DNA of 64,000 nucleotides, taken from positions 328,414,001 to 328,478,000 of the forward strand of contig OZ024743.1 in the NCBI GenBank assembly GCA_964016885.1. Direction: 5' to 3'. Position numbers and translations under genes: made by a program. The notes beneath the pieces were generated by a model. The model was not told the origin of the DNA. It ran no database searches and saw nothing but the letters and a program-made list of their open reading frames with translations. This DNA comes from Eledone cirrhosa (Eukaryota). Of the stretch, positions 12,625 through 22,321 are shown piece by piece. How positions within the stretch are numbered: position 1 is the stretch's first letter; every line of letters starts with the position of its first letter.

Positions 12625-12801
12625 CAGGTACAGTCCATCTGACGGGCTTCCAAACTGTTTCCGTCGACCCAATTTCACTCATAACCCACATGTTTACTCA
12701 ACCGAGGCTATGGCAAATGACATTTACCTATGGTACCCCACAGCAGGATCGAACTCAGGATATAATGTCAGCGAAGCGAACTCCTTAACCATTCAGCCAT
12801 A
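12625..12801 (-). mobile_element. tRNA-derived SINE (family 2)
   Basis: Minus strand starts ATGGCTGAATGGTTAAGG (A box) and has GAGTTCGATCC (B box); 3' part resembles 10175-10265. Confidence 0.7.
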
Positions 12802-13254
12802 CTATATCCATAAAGTTTGGAAAAGCTGCCCCCTAAATATAACAATGTCCTCCCTGTGAGGGTGAGAACTCGACGTTGTGAATACCTGACGTGGAGGCTC
12901 CAATGTCTAGCAGTTATATACTGTTATTGGTGAAATTAACTTACAATCATAATGTCGTGGGTTCGATTCCTCAACTGGGCTGTGCGTTCTTGAGCAAAAC
13001 ACTTCATTTCATGCTACAATATATTGTAAAAGATCTACCAATTATAAACAAAACCTTGAGTACATGGAGGTTACGAAAAGATTCAACAACAGAAACTTCT
13101 AACTACCTTGCAGCTTCCCTTATTTTTCTTTTTTTCTTTATCCTTTTTATGCGTATGTTTGCCTCCCGCTGGCCTTCCATATCTAACATTTAAAATAAAA
13201 TTTATTTTCATATTTATTTATCTCCGTTTAGATTTTGTTGTTTCTCAACTGTAA

Positions 13255-13620
13255 GACGGGTCTTTGGAGTAATGTTACTCGATAGAGTCCGTAGCTCGGA
13301 GATGAGAGAGTCGCTTCAGGTAGAGCCGCCGCTACTTCTTCGAATTGAGAGATCACAGCTCTATAGGAATGTGGTTAGAATGTCTCAGGAAAGAATCGCA
13401 GGAGACCCAGGGGTAGAACTCGAGCAAGATGGTTGGATAATATCCATGAGTTTGGCTGGTCTCGCTTGGGGATCCAACTGGATCAGTCGGAGATGGTTGC
13501 TTCTGACAGGACCCGTTGGAATGAGTGTTTGAGGACTCTGCCCCCACGACCCTCTCAGGAATAAGTGGGTGAAGTAGGAATAAGAAGTAGGAATAATAAT
13601 AATAATAATAAGAAGAAGAA
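13255..13620 (+). mobile_element. Degenerate RTE-like LINE 3' end with (AAT)/(AGA) tail
   Basis: LDRVRSSEMRESLQVEPPLLLRIERSQL resembles RTE C-termini; same 3' end at 39440-39855 and inverted at 26794-26856. Confidence 0.65.
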
Positions 13621-14267
13621 ATATTAGATGCTTCTCCTAGTCTGTTATGGCTTACTAGCTCTGTACAGACGTATGAACTGATTAAATAAATAAGTACGAA
13701 GAGAAACGGGATTTGGGATGAGATTGTGGCAAAATGAAGGTAACGACCGATATATTCCTTGTTCCATAATAGTTCTCTGTGAGAATTTGGTAGGAATAAA
13801 ACACTTTAACGGATATCTGAGAGCAAGAACAACAACCACCCTAACACACTGTCTACAGATTCAGCAAGAACTACGAGAAGAAACGGGATTTTTGGCGAGA
13901 AACATTTGTGAAAATAGTTAAAGGCGTTTCTCACTTCTGGCAAAAAGCTTCCCAATGTTTCTGTATTAGTCATCAAAAGAATATACAATCGGAAAAAGGA
14001 ACAAAGAACGATACAAGAAGTGCTAGACGGGAGTCACTGTGTCTTCAATATGGCTGTTATATAATAACATAGACATATTTTACTACGATACAATATGTTG
14101 TTGTGGAGAGGGTTTGTGGTGTGGAGTGATGGAGTGATGGAGGAAGTTTCCTTAAAACTAGGTTCTAGAGAAGAAATATGAAAAAAGAACAAATAAAAAA
14201 AATAACTAAACAAAATAATACAAAATAAAGCTGTTTACATAATCATTTATTTCTCAGGTTTATGTAC

Positions 14268-14375
<108 letters not shown>

Positions 14376-14598
14376 CTCTACGATGGACACATGTGCTGAG
14401 CTCGCTCGGTAAGTTTTTGTTTAAATTCATACGGAAATTGTAAACTGTAAACTTTCATTTTTGTATCATTTTGTAGAGGGACTGCCAGGTCAAATTTTGA
14501 TCTGGTCGGTCTCTCAAAATATTCTGCGCCTTTGGGCGAAATAGTATTGTGAACATTTTATCTTTCGAAAAACTTCGAAAAACCCTATTTTGAGAAAA

Positions 14599-14775
14599 AT
14601 GGCTGAATCATCTTCACCATCAATCAAAGAAGGAAAGGGGAAGTCATACTCACAGCTTCCCCCTGCCACTGTCACAGCAGCAGATGCCAAAGGCAGAGGT
14701 CAGAGAGAGGAAGAATTGTCTTCACCTGTTGACCGACCACTAGATGTAGCCACAACTACACAAGAATTTGAAAAC

Positions 14776-14806
<31 letters not shown>

Positions 14807-16462
14807 GCAACAATAAAGACAACAAAAACAACAACAACACAAACGTCACAAGTATCCACATACGAAACGAGAAAGACAACAACAACAACAAAGATGAAAA
14901 CAACTCAAACGACGAGAAACAAAACAATACTAATATCCAAAACGAAAACAAAATATCTTTTGCACAAACGGCTAAATTATCAGTCGCTTATGTGCTGGAA
15001 GATATTTCAAAAGCAAAAGAAATGCTGGAAAAAGCCAAGAAATATGTGTCTTTTGGCGAAAACGGATCGTTTTCTATACATTCACCTCCGGAGCTAAAAA
15101 GACAGACGGAATTACGAACTGTCGTATTCCGAACAATTTTAAATAAAACAAAGAAACCAGCGCAACCATCTCAAGCGGAAACTCAGTTAGTCTTGAAAGA
15201 CGCGATGAGAGACATCACTTTCATACAAAAGGATAAACTCTATGGGAGTTTATCCATATTGATGAAAGACGAATTGGCGGCAAAAAAAAAAAAAAAAAAA
15301 ATACTCTGTGTCGCCAATTCAGTCCACACACTACACCTTCTTCCCTACCTACATGGGTAAAAAAACCCAGAGGATATGGATAACCACCATCACCCCAAAC
15401 ATAAACTACTGGTGGTTACTAACCGGTTTCCTCAATTTAGACGAGGACAACCTCATCTCAATAGGGAAGGCATCCGGCGACGCGTTCAGTGGAACGAGCA
15501 TCGAAGTTCTGACCCAAATAAGGCCAGAACGCATCGCCCAAATCCCTGAGCGCGTCATGCTGGATGACCGTACCCACCTCAACATTATTGTGGAGGGTAG
15601 GCGTCCCTCCTGTTACCTCTGTGGCAATAGAGGTCACCTGAGGGCTGCCTGTCCCCAGCTCACACAGAAAAAAACACTGCTACCAACACCAACACCACCC
15701 CAACTACAACAACAAAAACAACCACAACAACAACAAAAACCAACAACCCCACCACCACCACCACAACAACAACAACAACAAACACGTGAAAAAATAACAC
15801 AGAATACTGTCCCACCCAATCCCTCCCCACCCAAAACAAATACAAAAACACGCACACCGCAAACACTACCAGAAAACATACCCCTCCCACCCAACAAGGA
15901 AGACGAACCTCTTTCGTCGCAAGACGAAAAAGATCCCTTCCAACAAGTAAAAAGAAAGAAGAGGAGACGCACCACAGACACACATGTTAACTTTAATCCC
16001 CCCCAAGAGAACACAAACTACACACAAACCACCCCTCCCTGTCACACAACACTAACTGCTACACAAAAAAAGACATTACAATACACATACATGAACACAG
16101 ACAACAAAGAATTACGGAAAACAATTTCAGCAAACCCTTCGGTCCAAACCGAAGGGCCAAACTTTATAACTGCTGTGGGACTACCTCATTTGAAAATGAT
16201 AAAAGTCCCAATGCACTTGTACAAAACACTGAAAATAAATTTCACGGAGGACGTGGGCCCCCCCTGCGCCAAACCAATCAACCGCGTCCTCCTAAAAAAT
16301 TTCACCCCCCCACCTCACCCAGACACCCACTCAACGACAAACACCCCAACCCCACAACACACCGATGCCCCTTCACTTCCACAAACCACAACCCCACCCA
16401 ACAACCCATCCCCAACCAGCATGGAAATTGAGCGGCCCGTTTCCCGGGACGCAGAGAGGTAA
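14599..16462 (+). pseudogene. LINE ORF1 (CCHC zinc knuckle), frameshifted at A20 run 15282-15301
   Basis: ORFs 14590..15360 and 15308..16462 together align to ORF1 of copy 2; CYLCGNRGHLRAAC. Confidence 0.88.
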
Positions 16463-16486
16463 GTGCCTTTTCTCTTTACCACCAAC

Positions 16487-19400
16487 ATGGCTGTGCTAAG
16501 AGTAGGGTGTCTAAATGCGCGTGGCCTGGGCTCGTCTTGGAAGCAAGCAATGCTTCTAAATGACCTCAGGTCACAATCTATAAATGTGATGGTTATCTGC
16601 GAGGCCCGGATCAGCAGCATGCGACAGCTAGCCCCCACCTTTGACGACTTTGAGATGCACGCATCTCTCTGTCAGCCCGGAGGTGGGGGTGGGGTTGTCG
16701 TTCTGCTGCAAAAACATATGGGCCTTGCAACACAGATAGTTCACTTGGACCCAGGGGGTCGACTGGTGGTGCTGGACCTTGGCAGTGGTGAAGGTAGAGC
16801 CTTTAGGCTGATAGCCGCATATGCCCCTTTTGGGACAGAGCGGCCCGACTTTTTCCAGCGTCTGGAGTCTTTTCTAGGGACGTCCCGTTCCCTGCTTTTA
16901 GTGGGGGATTGGAATGGTATCCTGGATGCACGTTGGGACTATGCAGGGGCATGTCCCGATAGAGAGGGGTGCAACAGCCTCAAGGGGTTACTCGGCCGAT
17001 TTGACCTGGCCGATAGATTTCGACTAGATTTTCCGACGGTGCCAACCTGGTCTTGGTCAAATCGCAGCGGATCATCTAGATCGTACCTAGATAGATTTTT
17101 AGTTAGAAATAAGGACAGGGACTTTTTAAGTTGTCCAGAAATGCTCATGGTTGGCTATTCAGACCACAAGTTGGTAACCTGCATGGTCAACCTTGATAGA
17201 ACGCATAGACAGGGCCCCGGTTACTGGAAGCTCAACTTGTCCTTGCCGGCAAGTAGAGCCTACAGGAATCGGATTAGTACGTTAGTTAAGGAACGGTTGA
17301 CTGGAGCGATCGTCAACAGCAGGTGGTGGGTATCTCTAAAGAGAGAGATTAGAGTAGTCTCGATTGAATTTAGTAAGGTTCTAGCTGCGGATAGGAATAG
17401 GAAGGAAAGGGAGCTAATAGATAGAGTAGAAGAGGCAATTAGAAGCGGCGACGTGGCCAGAGTGCTAGCGTCGAGAACGGCTTTGAGCCAGTTTTTCGAC
17501 GCGAAGCACGAAGGCTGCGTTGTCCGAAGTAAAATACGTGCTCTAGGGAACGAGGGGGCCAAAGCTGTTAGCTGGGCCCGCGTGACAGAGGCCAACAGTG
17601 GAACTAAATCCACCATCCGGTCTTTGCGAGACCTGGATGGACGGGCGATTCTTGAGCCTAAGCAGATGTGTGAGGCCTTTCAAAGGCACTTTGCCCGACT
17701 GTTCGGGAGGGGCGGGGAGCCGGTTGGAAACGTGGACTTCGGTCCATACCTCGACGGCCTGCCGCGCCTCTCGGACAGGGAGGCGAAGTCTTGCGAGGAG
17801 CCGATTTCGGCCGCTGAGATAGAGGACGTGCTGGGCCAATGCGGCAAACGCAAATCCCCGGGTCTCGATGGTCTTCCTTACGAATTATATCTAGCTATGC
17901 CGGACTTGTTCCCCGATCTCCTCGAGGCGGTCTACTGCAACTGGCAACAGAACGGGAGAATTCCCTGTACTGTGACCAAGGGCGTAGTCACGCTAGTGAG
18001 GAAGGACGAGAACAAGGGGGACGAAATAAGTAACTTCAGGCCCATAACTCTGCTAAATACAGAGTTACAGATTTTGGCCAAGGTGCTAGCAAAGAGGTTG
18101 GCGCTTGTCGTGAGCAACCTGGTGGGAGATGCGCAGACATGCGCTATCCCGTCCAGGTCCATCCATGACAACCTCCACCTCATGCGATACATCATAGAGA
18201 GGGTTGGGAACGAACCCGGCTTTGGTGGGGCTCTGATCAACTTGGATCAATCTAAGGCGTTCGATAGGGTCGACCATGGTTACCTGGATGCGGTGCTAGC
18301 GGCGGCAGGCTTCGGACCCGTTTTCAGGGGCTGGATCACTGCTATGCACAGCAGCCGCATCTGCTCTAGGGTCAAGGTGAACGGCTACCTCTCGGAGCCG
18401 TTCAAAATCGCGCGGTCCATCCGACAAGGGTGCCCTCTCTCCTCCCTTCTGTATGTGCTGACTCTCGAGCCACTACTGCGGAAGTTGGAGTTGTTGCAGG
18501 GCATCCCTTTGGAACCGGGATTGCGGAAAGCGGTGTCAGCCTACGCCGATGATGTGACAGTAATGGTGTCGACGGCCTCCGAAATCGAGGCGGTCGGCAC
18601 CTTACTGGAGGAGTACGAAAAGTTCACAGGGGCTAAGCTGAACCGGGACAAGTCGATCGGTTTGCAACTCGGCACGTGGAGGGGCAGACCGATGCCCTCC
18701 GATGGCGTCGTCGGACGCTGGACGGAGGGCCCGGTGAAGTTGCTCGGGGTCTGGTTCGGACCGGACCTCCAGGTGGAGAAAAACTGGGCGGAGGTTACGA
18801 ACAGGGTGTTTGCACTGACCCAGAAGTGGGCCAGTTGCAAACTATCCCTGAAAGGTCGGGCGGAGGTGGCGAACACTTATATAGCGTCCGTCATCTACTA
18901 CCGCCTGACCGTAGTGCCCTGCCCAAGGGAAACCCTCACCAAGATGGAGCGCGCGCTCTTCCAATTCCTTTGGAAGGGGCGGGCTCCTATGGTGAGGAGA
19001 TCCATCTGCTGTCAACACCCTTCGAAAGGAGGGCTGGGGATGCCGTGGCTAATGATGCGTAAACACGCATTAAGGCTACGGCACCTCTACGTATTCCTCA
19101 CCAGACAACCGGTGTGGGCCCCGTTTGTGAGACGAACCTTTCCCAGACTCGTCTCACTCACCGAACTACAATCCTGGGTCAAGCAGAGACCGAGAAAACT
19201 GGGCGCCTGGCACACTGAGTGTGCCCAGGCGCTCACCGCCCTCTGGCAGGCGGACCCGGTTATCAGTGGAGACTCCACCGCAACATTCTATAGAGGGCTG
19301 GTACGCAGCAGGTGCGACGACGCCCTCGGAGAAGCCCTAGACATGGAGGAGGACGAACTGGCCAGCCTGTTCGGTAGGACATTCAGCCCGGGACCTATGG

Positions 19401-19924
19401 ACAACTTCCAGAAGTCCCTGGCCTGGCAGTGCTACCGAGGGGCTTTACCCGTTCGAGAAAGGCTCTACAGACACGGGCGCCCGGGTAGGGACCCCGCCAA
19501 AAAGATCTGTCCCAGATGCGTGTGCGACGAGGAAACCGTTGCACACGCATTGGTACACTGCTCGGGCGTAGCCGATCTGTGGGGCTATGTCGAACAACTG
19601 CTGTCAAGGGTGGGACCGATCCGGTTGACCACCGAGTCTATTGTAATGATCAAGCCGCCTCCCCCCTTCAAAGATGAAGCAGAGGCGGTGTTTCTGTGCG
19701 TAATAGCCATGGCGAAAGAGGTTGTATGGTGGACGCGTCTGAAAGGACTGAGGTCGGGCGCCTTTCTCTCTGGCCAACAACTGGTCCGTTTCTTCCGATA
19801 TCATTTCGGAAGAAGGATCAGGATGGAGAGAGAGGTGCTGCACCCCAGTCGTTTTTATGAAAGGTGGGTGAAAGTGGCGAGAATGGCCCGTGTGAATGGG
19901 CCTTCTCTTTACATAAGCCTGTAG
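16487..19924 (+). CDS. LINE ORF2: APE endonuclease + reverse transcriptase + C-terminal Cys/His finger
   Basis: LNARGL, GDWN, LDRF, SDH; SPGLDG, FRPITLLN, DQSKAFDRV, RQGCPLS, AYADDV; CPRC...ETVAHALVHC; first ATG at 16487. Confidence 0.96.
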   Translation: MAVLRVGCLNARGLGSSWKQAMLLNDLRSQSINVMVICEARISSMRQLAPTFDDFEMHASLCQPGGGGGVVVLLQKHMGLATQIVHLDPGGRLVVLDLGSGEGRAFRLIAAYAPFGTERPDFFQRLESFLGTSRSLLLVGDWNGILDARWDYAGACPDREGCNSLKGLLGRFDLADRFRLDFPTVPTWSWSNRSGSSRSYLDRFLVRNKDRDFLSCPEMLMVGYSDHKLVTCMVNLDRTHRQGPGYWKLNLSLPASRAYRNRISTLVKERLTGAIVNSRWWVSLKREIRVVSIEFSKVLAADRNRKERELIDRVEEAIRSGDVARVLASRTALSQFFDAKHEGCVVRSKIRALGNEGAKAVSWARVTEANSGTKSTIRSLRDLDGRAILEPKQMCEAFQRHFARLFGRGGEPVGNVDFGPYLDGLPRLSDREAKSCEEPISAAEIEDVLGQCGKRKSPGLDGLPYELYLAMPDLFPDLLEAVYCNWQQNGRIPCTVTKGVVTLVRKDENKGDEISNFRPITLLNTELQILAKVLAKRLALVVSNLVGDAQTCAIPSRSIHDNLHLMRYIIERVGNEPGFGGALINLDQSKAFDRVDHGYLDAVLAAAGFGPVFRGWITAMHSSRICSRVKVNGYLSEPFKIARSIRQGCPLSSLLYVLTLEPLLRKLELLQGIPLEPGLRKAVSAYADDVTVMVSTASEIEAVGTLLEEYEKFTGAKLNRDKSIGLQLGTWRGRPMPSDGVVGRWTEGPVKLLGVWFGPDLQVEKNWAEVTNRVFALTQKWASCKLSLKGRAEVANTYIASVIYYRLTVVPCPRETLTKMERALFQFLWKGRAPMVRRSICCQHPSKGGLGMPWLMMRKHALRLRHLYVFLTRQPVWAPFVRRTFPRLVSLTELQSWVKQRPRKLGAWHTECAQALTALWQADPVISGDSTATFYRGLVRSRCDDALGEALDMEEDELASLFGRTFSPGPMDNFQKSLAWQCYRGALPVRERLYRHGRPGRDPAKKICPRCVCDEETVAHALVHCSGVADLWGYVEQLLSRVGPIRLTTESIVMIKPPPPFKDEAEAVFLCVIAMAKEVVWWTRLKGLRSGAFLSGQQLVRFFRYHFGRRIRMEREVLHPSRFYERWVKVARMARVNGPSLYISL

Positions 19925-20187
19925 GTGGAAAAGAGGAAGGAACGAGGGAGCACCCCCTCTCTGTGCTCCTGAGGAAAAGGGTTGCACACTTTTTTCGGGG
20001 GTGTGTGCGACCCCCCAAGGCGCCTCCTCTCTATTGAGGATTTTGTTAAAAATTTTATTTTTTGTTATATCTTATTTTATTTTTATATTTTGTTATTGCC
20101 TCCTCCTTATTGAGGACGCCTTTTTGTGTAAACTCCCCCCTTTGTACTTGTCCCACTTTTGATGCCCTAGTGGCAAATAAAAGAAAC

Positions 20188-20281
<94 letters not shown>

Positions 20282-20500
20282 GCTGGGATGGACACACGCG
20301 TATAACTTGCTGAGTAAGTTCTGTTTAAATTTCTATAGAAATTCTTGTCTGATAACTTTAATTTTTGTACCATTTTGTAGAGGGACTGCCAGGTCAAACT
20401 TTGATCTGGTCAGTCTCTCAAAATATTCTACGCCTTTAGGCGAAATAGTTAAACAAAAAAAAAAAAAGTTTTTTCTTGTTGAAAAGTCAATATTTTTTAA

Positions 20501-22297
20501 ATGGCCGAAGCTTCTTCACCAAAATTCGAAGGAGGAAAGGGGAAAATGAACTTACAGCTTCCCCCTGCCACTGTCACAGTAGCAGAGGTCAAGAAGAAAG
20601 GTCAGCCAGAGGAAGAATTCTCTCCACCTGTTAACCGACAACTTGACGTTGCCATGGCAACAACCCAAAGAATCAGCAGCAACAGCAACAACAACAACAA
20701 TGCGACGGACGAAAACAACACCAATAACAATAACAATAACAACAACAACAACAACAAGACCAATAACGGTGACAACAACAACAATGATAACAACAACACC
20801 ACCAACGACAACAACAACACAAACAAACAAAATTTCTCCTTCGCCGAGACGACAAGGAAAACCCTCGACTATCTGCCAGTAGATATAACAAAAGCGAAGG
20901 AGCTACTGGCGGATGCGAAAAAATATATAGTGTACGGGGAAAATGGTTCATTCACAATCCATTCCCCCCCGGAACTAAAAAGCCAGAGACTCCTAAACAC
21001 GGTCATGTTTAGGACAATCTCGAACAAAAGTAAAAAACCAGCTCAACCATCACAGAGCGAGATAGAGCTGGTTTTAAAAGACGTCATGAAGGACATCACC
21101 TTCATTCAGAAGGATAGACTCTACGGGAGTCTATCCATTCTCATGAAGGACAGGGACACAGCAGTGAAACTGTCCATCAAACCAATCACATCCACCGCAT
21201 ACACCTTCTACCCTACGTACATGGGTAGAAGAACACAAAAAATAAAAATCCACACCATCCTGCCGATTATAGACATATGGTGGGTTTTGACAGGTTTTCT
21301 GGACCTGGAGGATGACATGCTGGTGTCCATGGGAAAGGCATCGGGTGACGCGTTCAGTGGAACGAGCCTCGAACTTGTAGTTCAAATGAGGCCCGAAAGG
21401 ATCGCCCAGATCCCTGAACGCGTCATACTGGATGATCTAACCTTCATCAACATTACCGTTGAGGGTAGACGGCCCTCGTGTTACCTCTGCGGAACCAGAG
21501 GTCACCTGAGGGCTGTCTGTCCCCAACTTAATAAGAAAACCCCAATCCTGCCTACACCACCAACAACTGCACAACCAACACAATCACCACAACTACCACT
21601 ACAAAAACAACCACCACAGCTCAAACCAAAACAAAACAATGTCCAACCCATCCCCTCCACTCAAAAAACAAAAACAATTTCCAAAACACCCGTACCGCAA
21701 ACACAACCCGAAAATATACCCCTCCCTTCCAACGCGGAAGATGACCCTAGTTCGTCGTCAGACGAGGAGGAGCACTTCCACACAATCAAAAGAAAAAAAA
21801 GAAAACACACCTCAGACACACAAATGAAAAAAAACCCTCCCCAAAACATAACACTGACACCAACACAAAAGAGCTCACAACAGCAAACAAAAAACACCAC
21901 ACAAAAACAAAAACATGCATACACATACATAAATACAAGAAACAAAAAACTGTTAAACATTGTATACAACAACAATCTAATAAAAACACAAGGGCCTAAC
22001 TTCACCCAGGCAGGGGATTTCCCCCACCTCAAAATGATTAAGGCTCCACAGGACACCTATAAAACTTTAAAAAACAATTTTAAAGAGGACGTGGGTCCCC
22101 CCTGCGTCGGGCCCATTAACCGCGTCCTCCTAAAAAACTATCCCACCCCCTCCCCAAACACCCACACAACTCCAAGCTCCCCAACCACACAACACACTGA
22201 TGCCCCCACACTTCCACAAACCACCACCCCACCCAACAACCCATCCCCCACCCTAATGGAAATTGTGCAGCCCGATACCCGGGACGCAGAGAGGTAA
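20501..22297 (+). CDS. LINE ORF1 nucleic-acid-binding protein (CCHC knuckle; Asn-rich and Pro/Gln/Thr-rich tracts)
   Basis: 598-aa open frame; CYLCGTRGHLRAVC; immediately upstream of ORF2. Confidence 0.92.
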   Translation: MAEASSPKFEGGKGKMNLQLPPATVTVAEVKKKGQPEEEFSPPVNRQLDVAMATTQRISSNSNNNNNATDENNTNNNNNNNNNNNKTNNGDNNNNDNNNTTNDNNNTNKQNFSFAETTRKTLDYLPVDITKAKELLADAKKYIVYGENGSFTIHSPPELKSQRLLNTVMFRTISNKSKKPAQPSQSEIELVLKDVMKDITFIQKDRLYGSLSILMKDRDTAVKLSIKPITSTAYTFYPTYMGRRTQKIKIHTILPIIDIWWVLTGFLDLEDDMLVSMGKASGDAFSGTSLELVVQMRPERIAQIPERVILDDLTFINITVEGRRPSCYLCGTRGHLRAVCPQLNKKTPILPTPPTTAQPTQSPQLPLQKQPPQLKPKQNNVQPIPSTQKTKTISKTPVPQTQPENIPLPSNAEDDPSSSSDEEEHFHTIKRKKRKHTSDTQMKKNPPQNITLTPTQKSSQQQTKNTTQKQKHAYTYINTRNKKLLNIVYNNNLIKTQGPNFTQAGDFPHLKMIKAPQDTYKTLKNNFKEDVGPPCVGPINRVLLKNYPTPSPNTHTTPSSPTTQHTDAPTLPQTTTPPNNPSPTLMEIVQPDTRDAER

Positions 22298-22321
22298 GTG
22301 CCTTTTCTCTTCACCACCAAG

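Larger units (their letters stand above)
14378..20189 (+). mobile_element. Tx1/L1-group non-LTR retrotransposon, copy 1, full length, in (TATC)n
   Basis: ORF1 + ORF2; AATAAAAGAAA 3' end; (TATC)n at 14268-14375 and 20189-20280. Confidence 0.95.

Noticed and set aside
14383-14552. Spliced upstream ORF in the Tx1 5' UTR
   Set aside because: In copy 2 the equivalent ATG reaches TAA after five codons.
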